Positions 25,930-34,296 of a DNA stretch of 59,038 bases are shown in pieces; within the stretch, counting starts at the first letter, position 1, and each line of letters starts with the position of its first letter. The position numbers and the translations under genes were made by a program. A model generated the notes under the pieces. It was given only the letters and a program-made list of their open reading frames with translations, searched no databases and had not been told where the DNA came from. The DNA is from Candidatus Saccharimonadales bacterium (lineage in GTDB: Bacteria > Patescibacteriota > Saccharimonadia > Saccharimonadales > DASWIF01), in the NCBI GenBank assembly GCA_036397795.1, contig DASWIF010000040.1:1-59038 (forward strand), given 5' to 3'.

Positions 25930-26553
25930 ATGGTTATGGCGGGTGGTAACGATAACTTTCAACCAGAGTCCGATGGATCAGACGACTTCTACGCGCATTC
26001 TGAATCCCATGCCAACGCCCCGGTGGGCGAGACCCAGCAAAGTAACTTAGACAAGTCTGGCGGCGTAGTACAAATCGCGCCGGACGCGGCCGAGGACAAA
26101 GTCGTAACCTGGGAGGCTTCAGAGTACATCCACCACCAGAAGAGCAGCAGTTGGTTTCTCATCTTGGCCGGTGGTACGTTGGTTGTTTCGGCGGCGCTTT
26201 ATCTGTTAATTAAAGATATATTTTCCGTCATCGTATTGATTTTAATGGCCGTGGCCCTGGCCGTATTTGGCGCCCGGCGTCCGGAGGTCAGACGATATTC
26301 ATTGAGCCAAAACGGGCTCAGCATCGGCGACCGTGATTTTGCGCTGGACGACTTTCGGTCTTACAGCGTAATGCAGGAAGGGGCGTTACTCAGTATCACT
26401 TTCCAGCCAATTAAGCGTTTCATGATTCCGGTTACAATCTATTTTTCACCCCAAGACGCTGGCAGCATTGGTAGCATCCTGGAATCAATGTTGCCCCACG
26501 AAGACCATGGCCCCGATTTAGTCGACCGCCTGATGCGGATCATCAGGTTTTAG
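25930..26553 (+). CDS. Two-TM membrane protein, function unknown
   Basis: ORF track, 207 aa. Acidic N-terminus and TM pair WFLILAGGTLVVSAALYLLI / FSVIVLILMAVALAVFG. Confidence 0.65.
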   Translation: MVMAGGNDNFQPESDGSDDFYAHSESHANAPVGETQQSNLDKSGGVVQIAPDAAEDKVVTWEASEYIHHQKSSSWFLILAGGTLVVSAALYLLIKDIFSVIVLILMAVALAVFGARRPEVRRYSLSQNGLSIGDRDFALDDFRSYSVMQEGALLSITFQPIKRFMIPVTIYFSPQDAGSIGSILESMLPHEDHGPDLVDRLMRIIRF

Positions 26554-26765
26554 CCCCTATAGGGGTATGAGGCCGGCTGTGCTATAGTGACCCCTGTTCT
26601 GCTTGCTAAAAAGCAGAAAGCACTTTCCTTTATAGGAAACATTCAGCCGTCCGAGCGGGTCTATTTGGCCCCGCCGGATGGATCTGAATGACGCCAGTGA
26701 TGATGTCCTAGTTCTTTAGTCGGATAGAAGCACCCAGGCTTATAGGAGCCACTTTCCTTAAACGA

Positions 26766-26842
26766 GTCCTCATAGCTCAATTGGATAGAGCGTCGGCTTG
26801 CGGAGCCGGAGGTTGGAGGTTCGAGTCCTCCTGAGGACGCCA
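26766..26842 (+). tRNA. tRNA-Arg (anticodon read as GCG), CCA encoded
   Basis: Hand-folded. Acceptor GTCCTCA/TGAGGAC, D-arm GCTC-AATTGGATA-GAGC, anticodon stem TCGGC/GCCGG, loop TTGCGGA, T-arm GGAGG-TTCGAGT-CCTCC. Confidence 0.8.
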
Positions 26843-26862
26843 TTCGACTTACGCCCGGGTTA

Positions 26863-27363
26863 TTATTTTTTTCTGATCAAGGTTAAAAACCGATAATCAT
26901 ATTTATTTTTTTCGTCTTTTTTATAGCTTCTATCCTCGATAATTTGCCATTCAGACTCGTTATAGGCCGGGAAAAATGTATCCGCCACAAATCCCTCATC
27001 GATGATCGTTAGATACATCTTGTCAACGTAGGGCAGCATCAGTTTATAGACCTTACCGCCGCCGGTCACGACTACCTCGGGTTCACCCAGCTGGTTGGCC
27101 AAGCGGGCTGCTTCTTCCGGGCTATGGGCCACCTGGGTGTCTACCGGCAGAGTCAAATCATCTCGGCTCAAAACGATAAAGCGCTTAATTATATCTCTAG
27201 CATGATCGCTGTGTTCATAGGTCTTGCGTCCCAAAATGACACTTTTACCTTTAATGATATTCAAATAATGTTCGATGTCATGCTTCATGGTCTTACCCCA
27301 CGGCAAAGTAGCGCCTAAGCCGATAGCCCGGTTCTTGGCCATGGCGGCTACTAAACTTAGCAT
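26863..27363 (-). CDS. folA: Dihydrofolate reductase
   Basis: ORF track 26863..27366; ATG at 27363 overlaps the upstream stop (TGATG). LVAAMAKNRAIGLGATLPW ... VILGRKTYE ... VTGGGKVY. Confidence 0.88.
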   Translation of the reverse strand: MLSLVAAMAKNRAIGLGATLPWGKTMKHDIEHYLNIIKGKSVILGRKTYEHSDHARDIIKRFIVLSRDDLTLPVDTQVAHSPEEAARLANQLGEPEVVVTGGGKVYKLMLPYVDKMYLTIIDEGFVADTFFPAYNESEWQIIEDRSYKKDEKNKYDYRFLTLIRKK

Positions 27364-28148
27364 CAACCCCGCTCCTTAATGTATGGTTTGGCCGTATCGG
27401 ACAGATTGATCAGCAAATCGACAGTTTCATCCAGTGGCATTGATCGAATATGTTCAAGTTCAAATTTGATACCGGGCACGCTCCACTGGCTTTGCCATTG
27501 GCCGCCGCTAGGTGGCTCCAGCCCGAACAACTCCTCCCTGACCGGCCAGGCATAGTGGTACAGATACGGCTGGTCTTTGAGTTGGCCGGGCGAAAATCCA
27601 AAGTTCATGTGAGGGTCGTGATCTTCTGACTGGCCTTTTAGGAAGTATAAAAATGACAGATCAAAACCATGTGGCCACAACACAACCGGGGTTTTGGTAC
27701 CAGCCAGTTTGTTTCTAGCCTGGTTTAAAACCCGGTTCATCTTGGTTTGAATCTTCAGATAGGCGACAGCGCTGGCTTCGTCCGCTATGAGCCGGCCGTC
27801 GCTGATACTCTCCGGCAGATTAGCAGCGCTAATTTGATCGTGCTGCGAGGCAAGCATCTCCAGTAAGTTCCGCAAAATCGTCTGCTCGCTGGCGCCGCTC
27901 AGAGCGATGTCAAAAGCCCCGCCGCCCGGCTTGGCGTAGCTGACGGATAATGCGGGATAGTCTACAACCAACTCACCGCCAAATGGCAGATCCCCGCTGC
28001 TGGCGCCATACTCGGTCGGGACGATGGCATAATGCAGATAATTCGGGATGGGCCGAGCGACTAATCGTTTCACCCAACCGACAGCTCGCAAACCCGTATG
28101 GAGGGCATCTCGGGTCTTAAACCAAGCGTCATTAACCTCTAATGGCAT
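27363..28148 (-). CDS. Hypothetical protein, co-oriented and overlapping with folA
   Basis: ORF track, 261 aa. I recognised no motif. Confidence 0.6.
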   Translation of the reverse strand: MPLEVNDAWFKTRDALHTGLRAVGWVKRLVARPIPNYLHYAIVPTEYGASSGDLPFGGELVVDYPALSVSYAKPGGGAFDIALSGASEQTILRNLLEMLASQHDQISAANLPESISDGRLIADEASAVAYLKIQTKMNRVLNQARNKLAGTKTPVVLWPHGFDLSFLYFLKGQSEDHDPHMNFGFSPGQLKDQPYLYHYAWPVREELFGLEPPSGGQWQSQWSVPGIKFELEHIRSMPLDETVDLLINLSDTAKPYIKERG

Positions 28149-28199
28149 GATTTAAAGTATACGGTAAGCCAAAAATTAAGGGTTATAATCTTCCAAGAC

Positions 28200-28289
28200 G
28201 GAGAGGTGCAGGAGCGGCCGATCTGGCACGCTTGGAAAGCGTGTAGACGAGCAATCGTCTCGAGGGTTCGAATCCCTCCCTCTCCGCCA
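28200..28289 (+). tRNA. tRNA-Ser (anticodon GGA), CCA encoded
   Basis: Hand-folded. Acceptor GGAGAGG/CCTCTCC, anticodon stem CACGC/GCGTG, loop TTGGAAA, long variable arm, T-arm GAGGG-TTCGAAT-CCCTC. TATAAT lies at 28184-28189 just upstream. Confidence 0.9.
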
Positions 28290-28351
28290 CACTTCGCTAA
28301 AGCTTCGTGCGGCCCTCGGCCACTCATAGCTGTAAGCGCTGTGTGCGCTTC
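28279..28351 (+). repeat. tRNA-Ser 3' end + 62-nt trailer repeat, copy B
   Basis: CCTCTCCGCCACACTTCGCTAAAGCTTCGTGCGGCCCTCGGCCACTCATAGCTGTAAGCGCTGTGTGCGCTTC. 69/73 identical to copy A. Confidence 0.85.
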
Positions 28352-28567
28352 GGGCCACCCAAACCAAAAAAGGTTATATACCAGTGTATTTCGCCGGTTC
28401 TGATAGTTATTTTTCGACGCCCCGGGTAGTATTATTCGTAAAATGAATGCCGAAAATCGCCGATATTTACGGCTATCCAGCGTCCTACCTTGTCAGCGGC
28501 GTGTTCCAAATCGGTACTTTACCATTTCTATGGCTGGCTAAAAGGACAAGCGCGCGATCAGATCACA

Positions 28568-29125
28568 TTAAGACCGAGCGTCGGTTAGGGCTTTAGCCCA
28601 CCAGCCGAGTTCACCTACGAATTTGTTGATGTCACCCAAGACGTAGTCAGTTTTGGGCTGGCCGTTTTGATCGAGGGCTTCGTGGGCCTTTGTGATGCGC
28701 ACGCTCTCTCTGATTGGCATCATGTTGAGATAACTAATCAGCGGTCTCAGCCCCATGATCGAACTTTCGGCGCCGTAGCTGCCGTAACCGACAAAACCAA
28801 CGACTTTGCGGCTCCATTCATGGAACAGGGTATCCAAAGCGTTTTTGATCGGCGCGGGCGGTGTGTGATTATATTCCGCCAATACGATGACAAAGCCATC
28901 GAAGCCGCTGACAACCTTAGACCAATTCTTGCTCGACTCGTCTTCATATTTTCTCTGGCTCGGCAGATTAGCTTCATCTAACAGTGGTAAATCTATGATA
29001 TCGACTAGCTCAAACGTCAATTCACTTTCGATTTTATTAGCTTGTTCGATAAACCATTTAGCGATTTTCTCACCCGCCCGCTCGCGGCGGGTCGTGCTAG
29101 TTAAGACGCCGATGCGATAAGCCAT
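28568..29125 (-). CDS. NAD(P)H-dependent FMN reductase family oxidoreductase
   Basis: ORF track, 185 aa. IGVLTSTTRRERAGEKIAKW ... FDGFVIVLAEYNHTPPAPIKNALD ... VGFVGYGSYG. Confidence 0.75.
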   Translation of the reverse strand: MAYRIGVLTSTTRRERAGEKIAKWFIEQANKIESELTFELVDIIDLPLLDEANLPSQRKYEDESSKNWSKVVSGFDGFVIVLAEYNHTPPAPIKNALDTLFHEWSRKVVGFVGYGSYGAESSIMGLRPLISYLNMMPIRESVRITKAHEALDQNGQPKTDYVLGDINKFVGELGWWAKALTDARS

Positions 29126-29191
29126 AGCCCTCCAAATGTTTAAGTAGTTACTTAAATATTAATAGTAAATGCCGATTATTTCAAGCTAGGC

Positions 29192-30121
29192 TTAAGGCCT
29201 GGGCAAAACACCCTGACGACTTTTGGCCTCAACTCCGGCCTGGCGGCAAGCGGCGGTGTAGTTTCTGCTTAAGTGATCACCGATGTTAGCGATCAGCTTG
29301 ACGACGCTGGGCGGCAAGTATTTGCCGGATTGATAGGCAGAATAAACCGGCCGGCCGATAATGGTTTTTGCCAATACTAACTGGCCCCGTTTGAGCTCGG
29401 CCGCGACTAGCTGAAATGGCAAAACTGACGCCCCCCGTCCGGCCAGAGCCAGACTTTTTAATAGATAGGGATCGCTAGAACTGACTTGGGGGGCATACTC
29501 CAGACCAAGCCGCCGAAGCTGTCGATCAATTAAATGATGGGTGTTCGATTCCTCGTTATAACTTAGAAACTGTCCCAGTCGTCCCAGCGCCAGCTGCCGA
29601 TTAAGATTGGTTTTAAGCGACAGGCTGGCTACTAGCACCATTGGCTCCACTCCGACTTCGTCCAAAACCAACCGCGAGCTGGGCCGAGGCCGGGGCGATG
29701 TTATAAATGCCATGTCCAGACGATCTAACAGCAAATCCTCCAACAGTCGTCGGGAGTCGGACACGGCGACTTCCAGCTTCTCGGCCGTATCGTCCACACC
29801 GCTTTTAAACAGTAGTTGGCCGACATTATCAATCGTGCCGATTCTAAATCGTTCGGCGGTACGCCCGCTCGACTGGCTTAGAATCTGGCGCATAGCGTCT
29901 AGTTCCAGGCGCAACCGAGCAGCGCTATCGTAGACGATTTTACCGGCCTGGGTCAGACCAAAGTTTTGCTGGTCTCTGATCAGGAGCTTTGCGCCGAGCC
30001 GTTGTTCCAGATTCTTTATGGCTACCGATAGCGCCGGTTGAGAAACACGCAAGTGCTCAGCAGCCTGGGTAAAACTGCCGGCTTCAGCGACGGCCAGGAA
30101 TTTCTTAAATTCGTGATCCAT
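29192..30121 (-). CDS. LysR-family transcriptional regulator
   Basis: ORF track, 309 aa. N-terminal HTH FLAVAEAGSFTQAAEHLRVSQPALSVAIKNLEQRLGAKLLIRD. Confidence 0.9.
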   Translation of the reverse strand: MDHEFKKFLAVAEAGSFTQAAEHLRVSQPALSVAIKNLEQRLGAKLLIRDQQNFGLTQAGKIVYDSAARLRLELDAMRQILSQSSGRTAERFRIGTIDNVGQLLFKSGVDDTAEKLEVAVSDSRRLLEDLLLDRLDMAFITSPRPRPSSRLVLDEVGVEPMVLVASLSLKTNLNRQLALGRLGQFLSYNEESNTHHLIDRQLRRLGLEYAPQVSSSDPYLLKSLALAGRGASVLPFQLVAAELKRGQLVLAKTIIGRPVYSAYQSGKYLPPSVVKLIANIGDHLSRNYTAACRQAGVEAKSRQGVLPRP

Positions 30122-30142
30122 TTATACCTAATTATAAATAAA

Positions 30143-30174
30143 ATCTATAAATATATATACTTTATATATTAGAT
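30143..30174. promoter_or_regulatory. AT-rich dyad ATCTA-N22-TAGAT in the LysR/ino1 divergent spacer (candidate LysR site)
   Basis: Read directly. Only the position between the divergently transcribed regulator and ino1 supports a regulatory role. Confidence 0.3.
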
Positions 30175-30272
30175 TTATGATAGATTTTTCGCTAAATTAA
30201 CGTGGCAAGGTTTATTAATGGCTTGAGCTTAAGGGGAGTACCCGGGCTGGCCTAGAAAAATGATAGGAATAT

Positions 30273-31382
30273 ATGGGTAAGATAAAACTCGCGGTGGTAG
30301 GAGTCGGTAACTGTTTTAGCTCCCTGCTCCAAGGTATTGAATATTATAAAAACGCCCAGGACGATTCGTTCGTGCCGGGAGTGATGCACGTTAATTTCGG
30401 CGGCTATCATATAAAGGATATCGAAATCGTGGCGGCCTTTGACGTTAATGCCAATAAAGTCGGCAAAGACGTGGCCGACGCCATTTATGCCGAACCGAAC
30501 AACACCACGGTGTTTGCTAAGGCGCCTAAAACCGGTGTTAAGGTTCAGATGGGGCCGATACTCGATGGGGTCAATAAATATACCGCCGAGTTAGTGCCGG
30601 TACCCAATAAAAAACCAGTCGACGTTGTCAAAGAGTTAAAAGCCGCTGGCGCCGAGGTGGTTATCAATTATCTACCGGTCGGCAGCCAGGAAGCCACCGA
30701 ATTTTACGCCCAGGCGGCGATTGACGCTGGCTGCGGTTTCGTCAACTGTATTCCGGTTTTCATCGCATCGGACAAGAAGTGGGCCAGGAAATTTGCCGAT
30801 GCCGATCTGCCTGTCATCGGCGACGACATCAAAGCCCAGGTAGGAGCGACCATCACCCACCGCACGCTGGTTAATTTGTTTTTAGACCGCGGCATGAAGA
30901 TCGAGCGGACTTACCAGCTCAACACTGGCGGGAATACCGATTTTCTCAATATGTTGGAGCGCGATCGGTTGGTGTCAAAAAAGACGTCAAAAACCGAGGC
31001 CGTGACATCTATGATCGAAGCGCGGGGTCAGCGTATCGACCCGGACGATATTCATGTTGGCCCCAGCGATTACGTGCCCTGGCAAAAAGACAACAAAATT
31101 TGCTTTCTTCGGATTGAAAGCAAGCATTTTGGCGACGTGCCGATGGATATGGAAGTGCGTTTGAGCGTTGAAGATTCGCCCAACTCGGCCGGCGTAGCCA
31201 TCGATTCGGTCCGATGCCTAAAACTGGCGCTTGATCATGGGCTTAAAGGGGCAATCGTCGAACCGGCGGCGTTTTTCCAAAAACATCCGCCTGTCCAGAT
31301 TGAAGACCGCCGAGCGCGGGAGCTGGTCGAAGAATATATTGTTAAATACGGCCAAAAATCGAAGGCCAGAACAGCGGTCTAG
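30273..31382 (+). CDS. ino1: myo-Inositol-1-phosphate (inositol-3-phosphate) synthase
   Basis: ORF track, 369 aa. KLAVVGVGNCFSSLLQGIEYY, GDDIKAQVGATITHRTL, LVSKKTSKTEAV are typical of the bacterial/archaeal MIPS family. Confidence 0.88.
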   Translation: MGKIKLAVVGVGNCFSSLLQGIEYYKNAQDDSFVPGVMHVNFGGYHIKDIEIVAAFDVNANKVGKDVADAIYAEPNNTTVFAKAPKTGVKVQMGPILDGVNKYTAELVPVPNKKPVDVVKELKAAGAEVVINYLPVGSQEATEFYAQAAIDAGCGFVNCIPVFIASDKKWARKFADADLPVIGDDIKAQVGATITHRTLVNLFLDRGMKIERTYQLNTGGNTDFLNMLERDRLVSKKTSKTEAVTSMIEARGQRIDPDDIHVGPSDYVPWQKDNKICFLRIESKHFGDVPMDMEVRLSVEDSPNSAGVAIDSVRCLKLALDHGLKGAIVEPAAFFQKHPPVQIEDRRARELVEEYIVKYGQKSKARTAV

Positions 31383-31915
31383 GACATTAATTTGTCTAGC
31401 TGTTCCAATACGTCTGGGAGATTATCCTGTCGGTAGATAATTAGCTGATCATACTCAGTTCTAAGCGGCGGTTTTATGGCAGTTTTAGCGTAAGATTGGT
31501 ACCAATCTACTTAGGGTGGTTGCTTCTCGCTCAAGCGTTTAATCAGCTGCGGTTCATCAACTTGGCAGTGAATCATTATGATTGGAACCAAGGGAGATTG
31601 AGTTTTTATGAGATTGCCGTATTTGGCACGGCTTGATAGGGTTGATGCCGCCTTCAACGATAGCACTTTGGCCCCGGCTCAGCAGTTCCTTGAATAGTTC
31701 GACTCGCCACAAGTCCACAACCCGCCTAAATGAGTCATTGACACCCCGCCCCTGCATCGCCGCTGGCCGCTTGTAGTACTTTTTTGATTTAAGAGTTTAC
31801 GGATCTGACCCCCGTCGATTACGTTCAACTGTGGCCACTTGGTGGCGATTTGTTTGCTCAGGGTTGATTTTTTGCTGGCGGGATAACCCACGATGTTGAT
31901 AAACACTTGTTTCAT
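31379..31915 (-). pseudogene. Degraded P-loop kinase/AAA-like gene (at least 2 frameshifts plus an in-frame stop)
   Basis: Three successive minus-strand frames carry pieces of one protein. (1) MKQVFINIVGYPASKKSTLSKQIATKWPQLNVIDGG, a decayed Walker A. (2) RRVVDLWRVELFKELLSRGQSAIVEGGINP. (3) YGNLIKTQSPLVPIIMIHCQVDEPQLIKRLSEKQPP*VDWYQSY...LEQLDKLMS. Confidence 0.6.
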
Positions 31916-31955
31916 ACCCGAATTATATCAACCAAACAGTGGTAAAATAGAAATA

Positions 31956-32693
31956 ATGTCAGTTATTTCGATGTCCGGAATCAGTAAGATTTATGGTTTG
32001 GGCGATGCTACTACTATTGCTTTGGACGATATTGAGATGAGCGTCGATAAGGGCGAATTTGTGGCCATCATGGGTCCCAGCGGTTCGGGCAAATCGACGT
32101 TGCTTAATCTAATCGGACTATTAGATACCCCGACCCATGGTTCTTATATGCTAAACGAGCGTCCGGTAGCCAATTTAGGCAACAACGCCCGAGCCAGAGT
32201 CAGGCGGGAGCAAATCGGCTTTATCTTCCAGTCCTTTAATTTGCTAAGCCGGATGACAGTAATTGATAACGTCGCCCTGCCCTTGATGTACCGCGGAGTG
32301 GGCCATGTGGAGCGGCTGGAACGGGCTTCGACCATCCTGCGGCGGCTCGGCTTGGGCGAGCGTGAGTACTACCTCCCTAATCAATTATCGGGCGGCCAAA
32401 TCCAGCGGGTGGCCATTGCCCGGGCACTAGTCAACAACCCGGCAATCATTCTGGCGGACGAGCCGACCGGCAACCTCGATACCAAAACCGGTCTCAGTAT
32501 CTTAGACACCTTAAAAGACCTTAACGAACAGGGCAACACCGTCATTATGGTGACGCACGACCCGGATCTAGCGAAGTATGCCCAGCGCACCATACACGTG
32601 GTGGACGGACAGATAAAGGCCAGGCACGCTCCGGCGGCGGCCAAACCCAGAAAAAAACCCGCCAAAAAGACTAGCAGAAAGGCCAAAACCTGA
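31956..32693 (+). CDS. ABC transporter ATP-binding protein (MacB/LolD-type)
   Basis: ORF track 31893..32693, trimmed to ATG 31956. Walker A GPSGSGKST, signature LSGGQIQR, Walker B ILADEPTGNLD. Confidence 0.9.
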   Translation: MSVISMSGISKIYGLGDATTIALDDIEMSVDKGEFVAIMGPSGSGKSTLLNLIGLLDTPTHGSYMLNERPVANLGNNARARVRREQIGFIFQSFNLLSRMTVIDNVALPLMYRGVGHVERLERASTILRRLGLGEREYYLPNQLSGGQIQRVAIARALVNNPAIILADEPTGNLDTKTGLSILDTLKDLNEQGNTVIMVTHDPDLAKYAQRTIHVVDGQIKARHAPAAAKPRKKPAKKTSRKAKT

Positions 32694-33919
32694 TGTTTGT
32701 TATGAACCTTAAAATGGCCATAAACGCCTTGCGCGGTTCCAAGCTCAGAACCTTTCTAACCATGCTTGGCATTATTATCGGGGTCATGTCGGTTGTAACT
32801 TTCGTGTCATTTGGCCAAGGGCTAAAAAAGCAAGTGACAGACGAAGTTCGATCATTTGGCAACGACTTTTTACAAGCCAACCCCGGCGAGTCAATTGTCC
32901 GTGACGAGGAAGGCAAGATCGAAAGCTTTGATTTTCTAGCTACCTTCACCGCCCCGCCCTTTACCGAAAAAGACCTCGGCGCGATTAAGAAGCTAGACAA
33001 TGTTCGCATCGCCACCGGCTTTATGCTGGCCGCCAACGAAGTGGTGGTCGGCGATAACGAGCAAAAAGGCTTGTTCGTGATGTCGACCGAGCCAGCCATA
33101 CTGGAAGTTTTGGGCCAGGAGGTAGCCGATGGGACTTTTTTGGATGATAAGATCGAGAATGATTTTGTGGTGGTCTTGGGCAGCACGCTTAAGCAACAGT
33201 TGTTCGGAGAAAGTTCGGCCTTAGGCCGAAAAGTTGAGATTAAAAACCGGGAGTTTACGGTAATCGGCGTACTGGCGGAGTACCAGTCGGTTTTAAGCGG
33301 TGGCTTTGGCTCCGATTTCAACCGCTATGCCTACATCCCAATTGGCGCCGGCAAAGCTTTTAACCAGGGCGTGGCCCAGTTCATTGAATTTGATATCAAG
33401 GTTGAAAATGTCGAACGGATCGATGAGACCATAGGTGACATCAGCCAATCGTTGCTCAAAACCCGCGGCAGCGATGACTTTTCCATCAGTAAACCGGAAG
33501 AGTTTTTAGACACCGTCGACACAATTCTTAATCTGTTGACGACGGCCGTGACGGCGATCGCGTCGATTTCAGTGCTGGTTGGCGGCATCGGCATTATGAA
33601 TATCATGTTCGTCACGGTTTCCGAAAGAACGCGGGAGATCGGTATCAGAAAAGCTATTGGCGCCACTAACGGCCAAATCCTATCCCAGTTTTTAATCGAA
33701 GCCATCGTCATTACTGTCATCGGCGCCGCCATCGGCGTCGGCTTGTCCGCCCTAATTGGCCTAATCGTGGAACTGACGACGGAATTCGAGCCCTCGATTA
33801 CGCTGTCTAGCATCGCCATTGCCGCGGCCGCGGCGGCGCTGTTTGGCATAGTGTTTGGTATTGTGCCCGCGGCCAAGGCGGCCAGGAAAGATCCGATTGA
33901 ATCATTGCGCCACGACTAA
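32693..33919 (+). CDS. ABC transporter permease, MacB/FtsX family
   Basis: ORF track, 408 aa. N-terminal TM, large periplasmic domain, C-terminal FtsX-type TM bundle (ERTREIGIRKAIGAT). Its start overlaps the ATPase stop. Confidence 0.88.
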   Translation: MFVMNLKMAINALRGSKLRTFLTMLGIIIGVMSVVTFVSFGQGLKKQVTDEVRSFGNDFLQANPGESIVRDEEGKIESFDFLATFTAPPFTEKDLGAIKKLDNVRIATGFMLAANEVVVGDNEQKGLFVMSTEPAILEVLGQEVADGTFLDDKIENDFVVVLGSTLKQQLFGESSALGRKVEIKNREFTVIGVLAEYQSVLSGGFGSDFNRYAYIPIGAGKAFNQGVAQFIEFDIKVENVERIDETIGDISQSLLKTRGSDDFSISKPEEFLDTVDTILNLLTTAVTAIASISVLVGGIGIMNIMFVTVSERTREIGIRKAIGATNGQILSQFLIEAIVITVIGAAIGVGLSALIGLIVELTTEFEPSITLSSIAIAAAAAALFGIVFGIVPAAKAARKDPIESLRHD

Positions 33920-33933
33920 GACTAAGTCGTGGC
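33909..33933 (+). terminator. 9-bp hairpin spanning the permease stop codon (weak terminator candidate)
   Basis: GCCACGACT (33909-33917) / AGTCGTGGC (33925-33933), followed only by TTT. Confidence 0.35.
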
Positions 33934-33936
33934 TTT

Positions 33937-34136
33937 AAGGAGGGGGACACCCTCTCCTTAGGTTCGCCTTCGGCTTACGATTCTCCCCCTCAACCAGTAT
34001 TGAAAAACTCGAAATGAATTCGAAGTTTTTCAATTATTTTCTTGAAACTGTTCGCGCCGTTTAGCGGGCGACGGTCCGGCTGGCTGTTAGAGCAAGGCTA
34101 ATCCATTTGTCGACGAATCGAACTAAACGCTGGTGC
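33937..34136 (+). repeat. Structured 200-bp tandem repeat, unit 1
   Basis: Contains AGGAGGGGGA..TCTCCCCCT, an AT-rich hairpin at 33999-34034 (ATTGAAAAACTCGAA / TTCGAAGTTTTTCAAT) and a GC hairpin near 34052-34072. Confidence 0.6.
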
Positions 34137-34296
34137 CGTAGGAGGTAGAACATCTCCCCCTTAGACTCGCTTAGCTCATGATTCCCCTCTGAAGACGTAT
34201 CAATGAAATGGAAATAAATTCCAATTTCATTGATGAATTTCTCTAAATAGTCGGCTCAACTACTATCTGAGCCGACATAGGATTTATACTAGCAGC
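34137..34296 (+). repeat. Structured 200-bp tandem repeat, unit 2 (truncated by the sortase start)
   Basis: The same architecture exactly 200 bp later. Hairpin 34199-34234 (ATCAATGAAATGGAA / TTCCAATTTCATTGAT) and hairpin GTCGGCTCA / TGAGCCGAC at 34250-34276. Confidence 0.6.

Noticed and set aside
32671-33321. 216-aa minus-strand ORF.
   Set aside because: It lies entirely antisense to the well-supported MacB/FtsX permease gene. Its Ser/Lys/Pro-rich composition is typical of a shadow frame.
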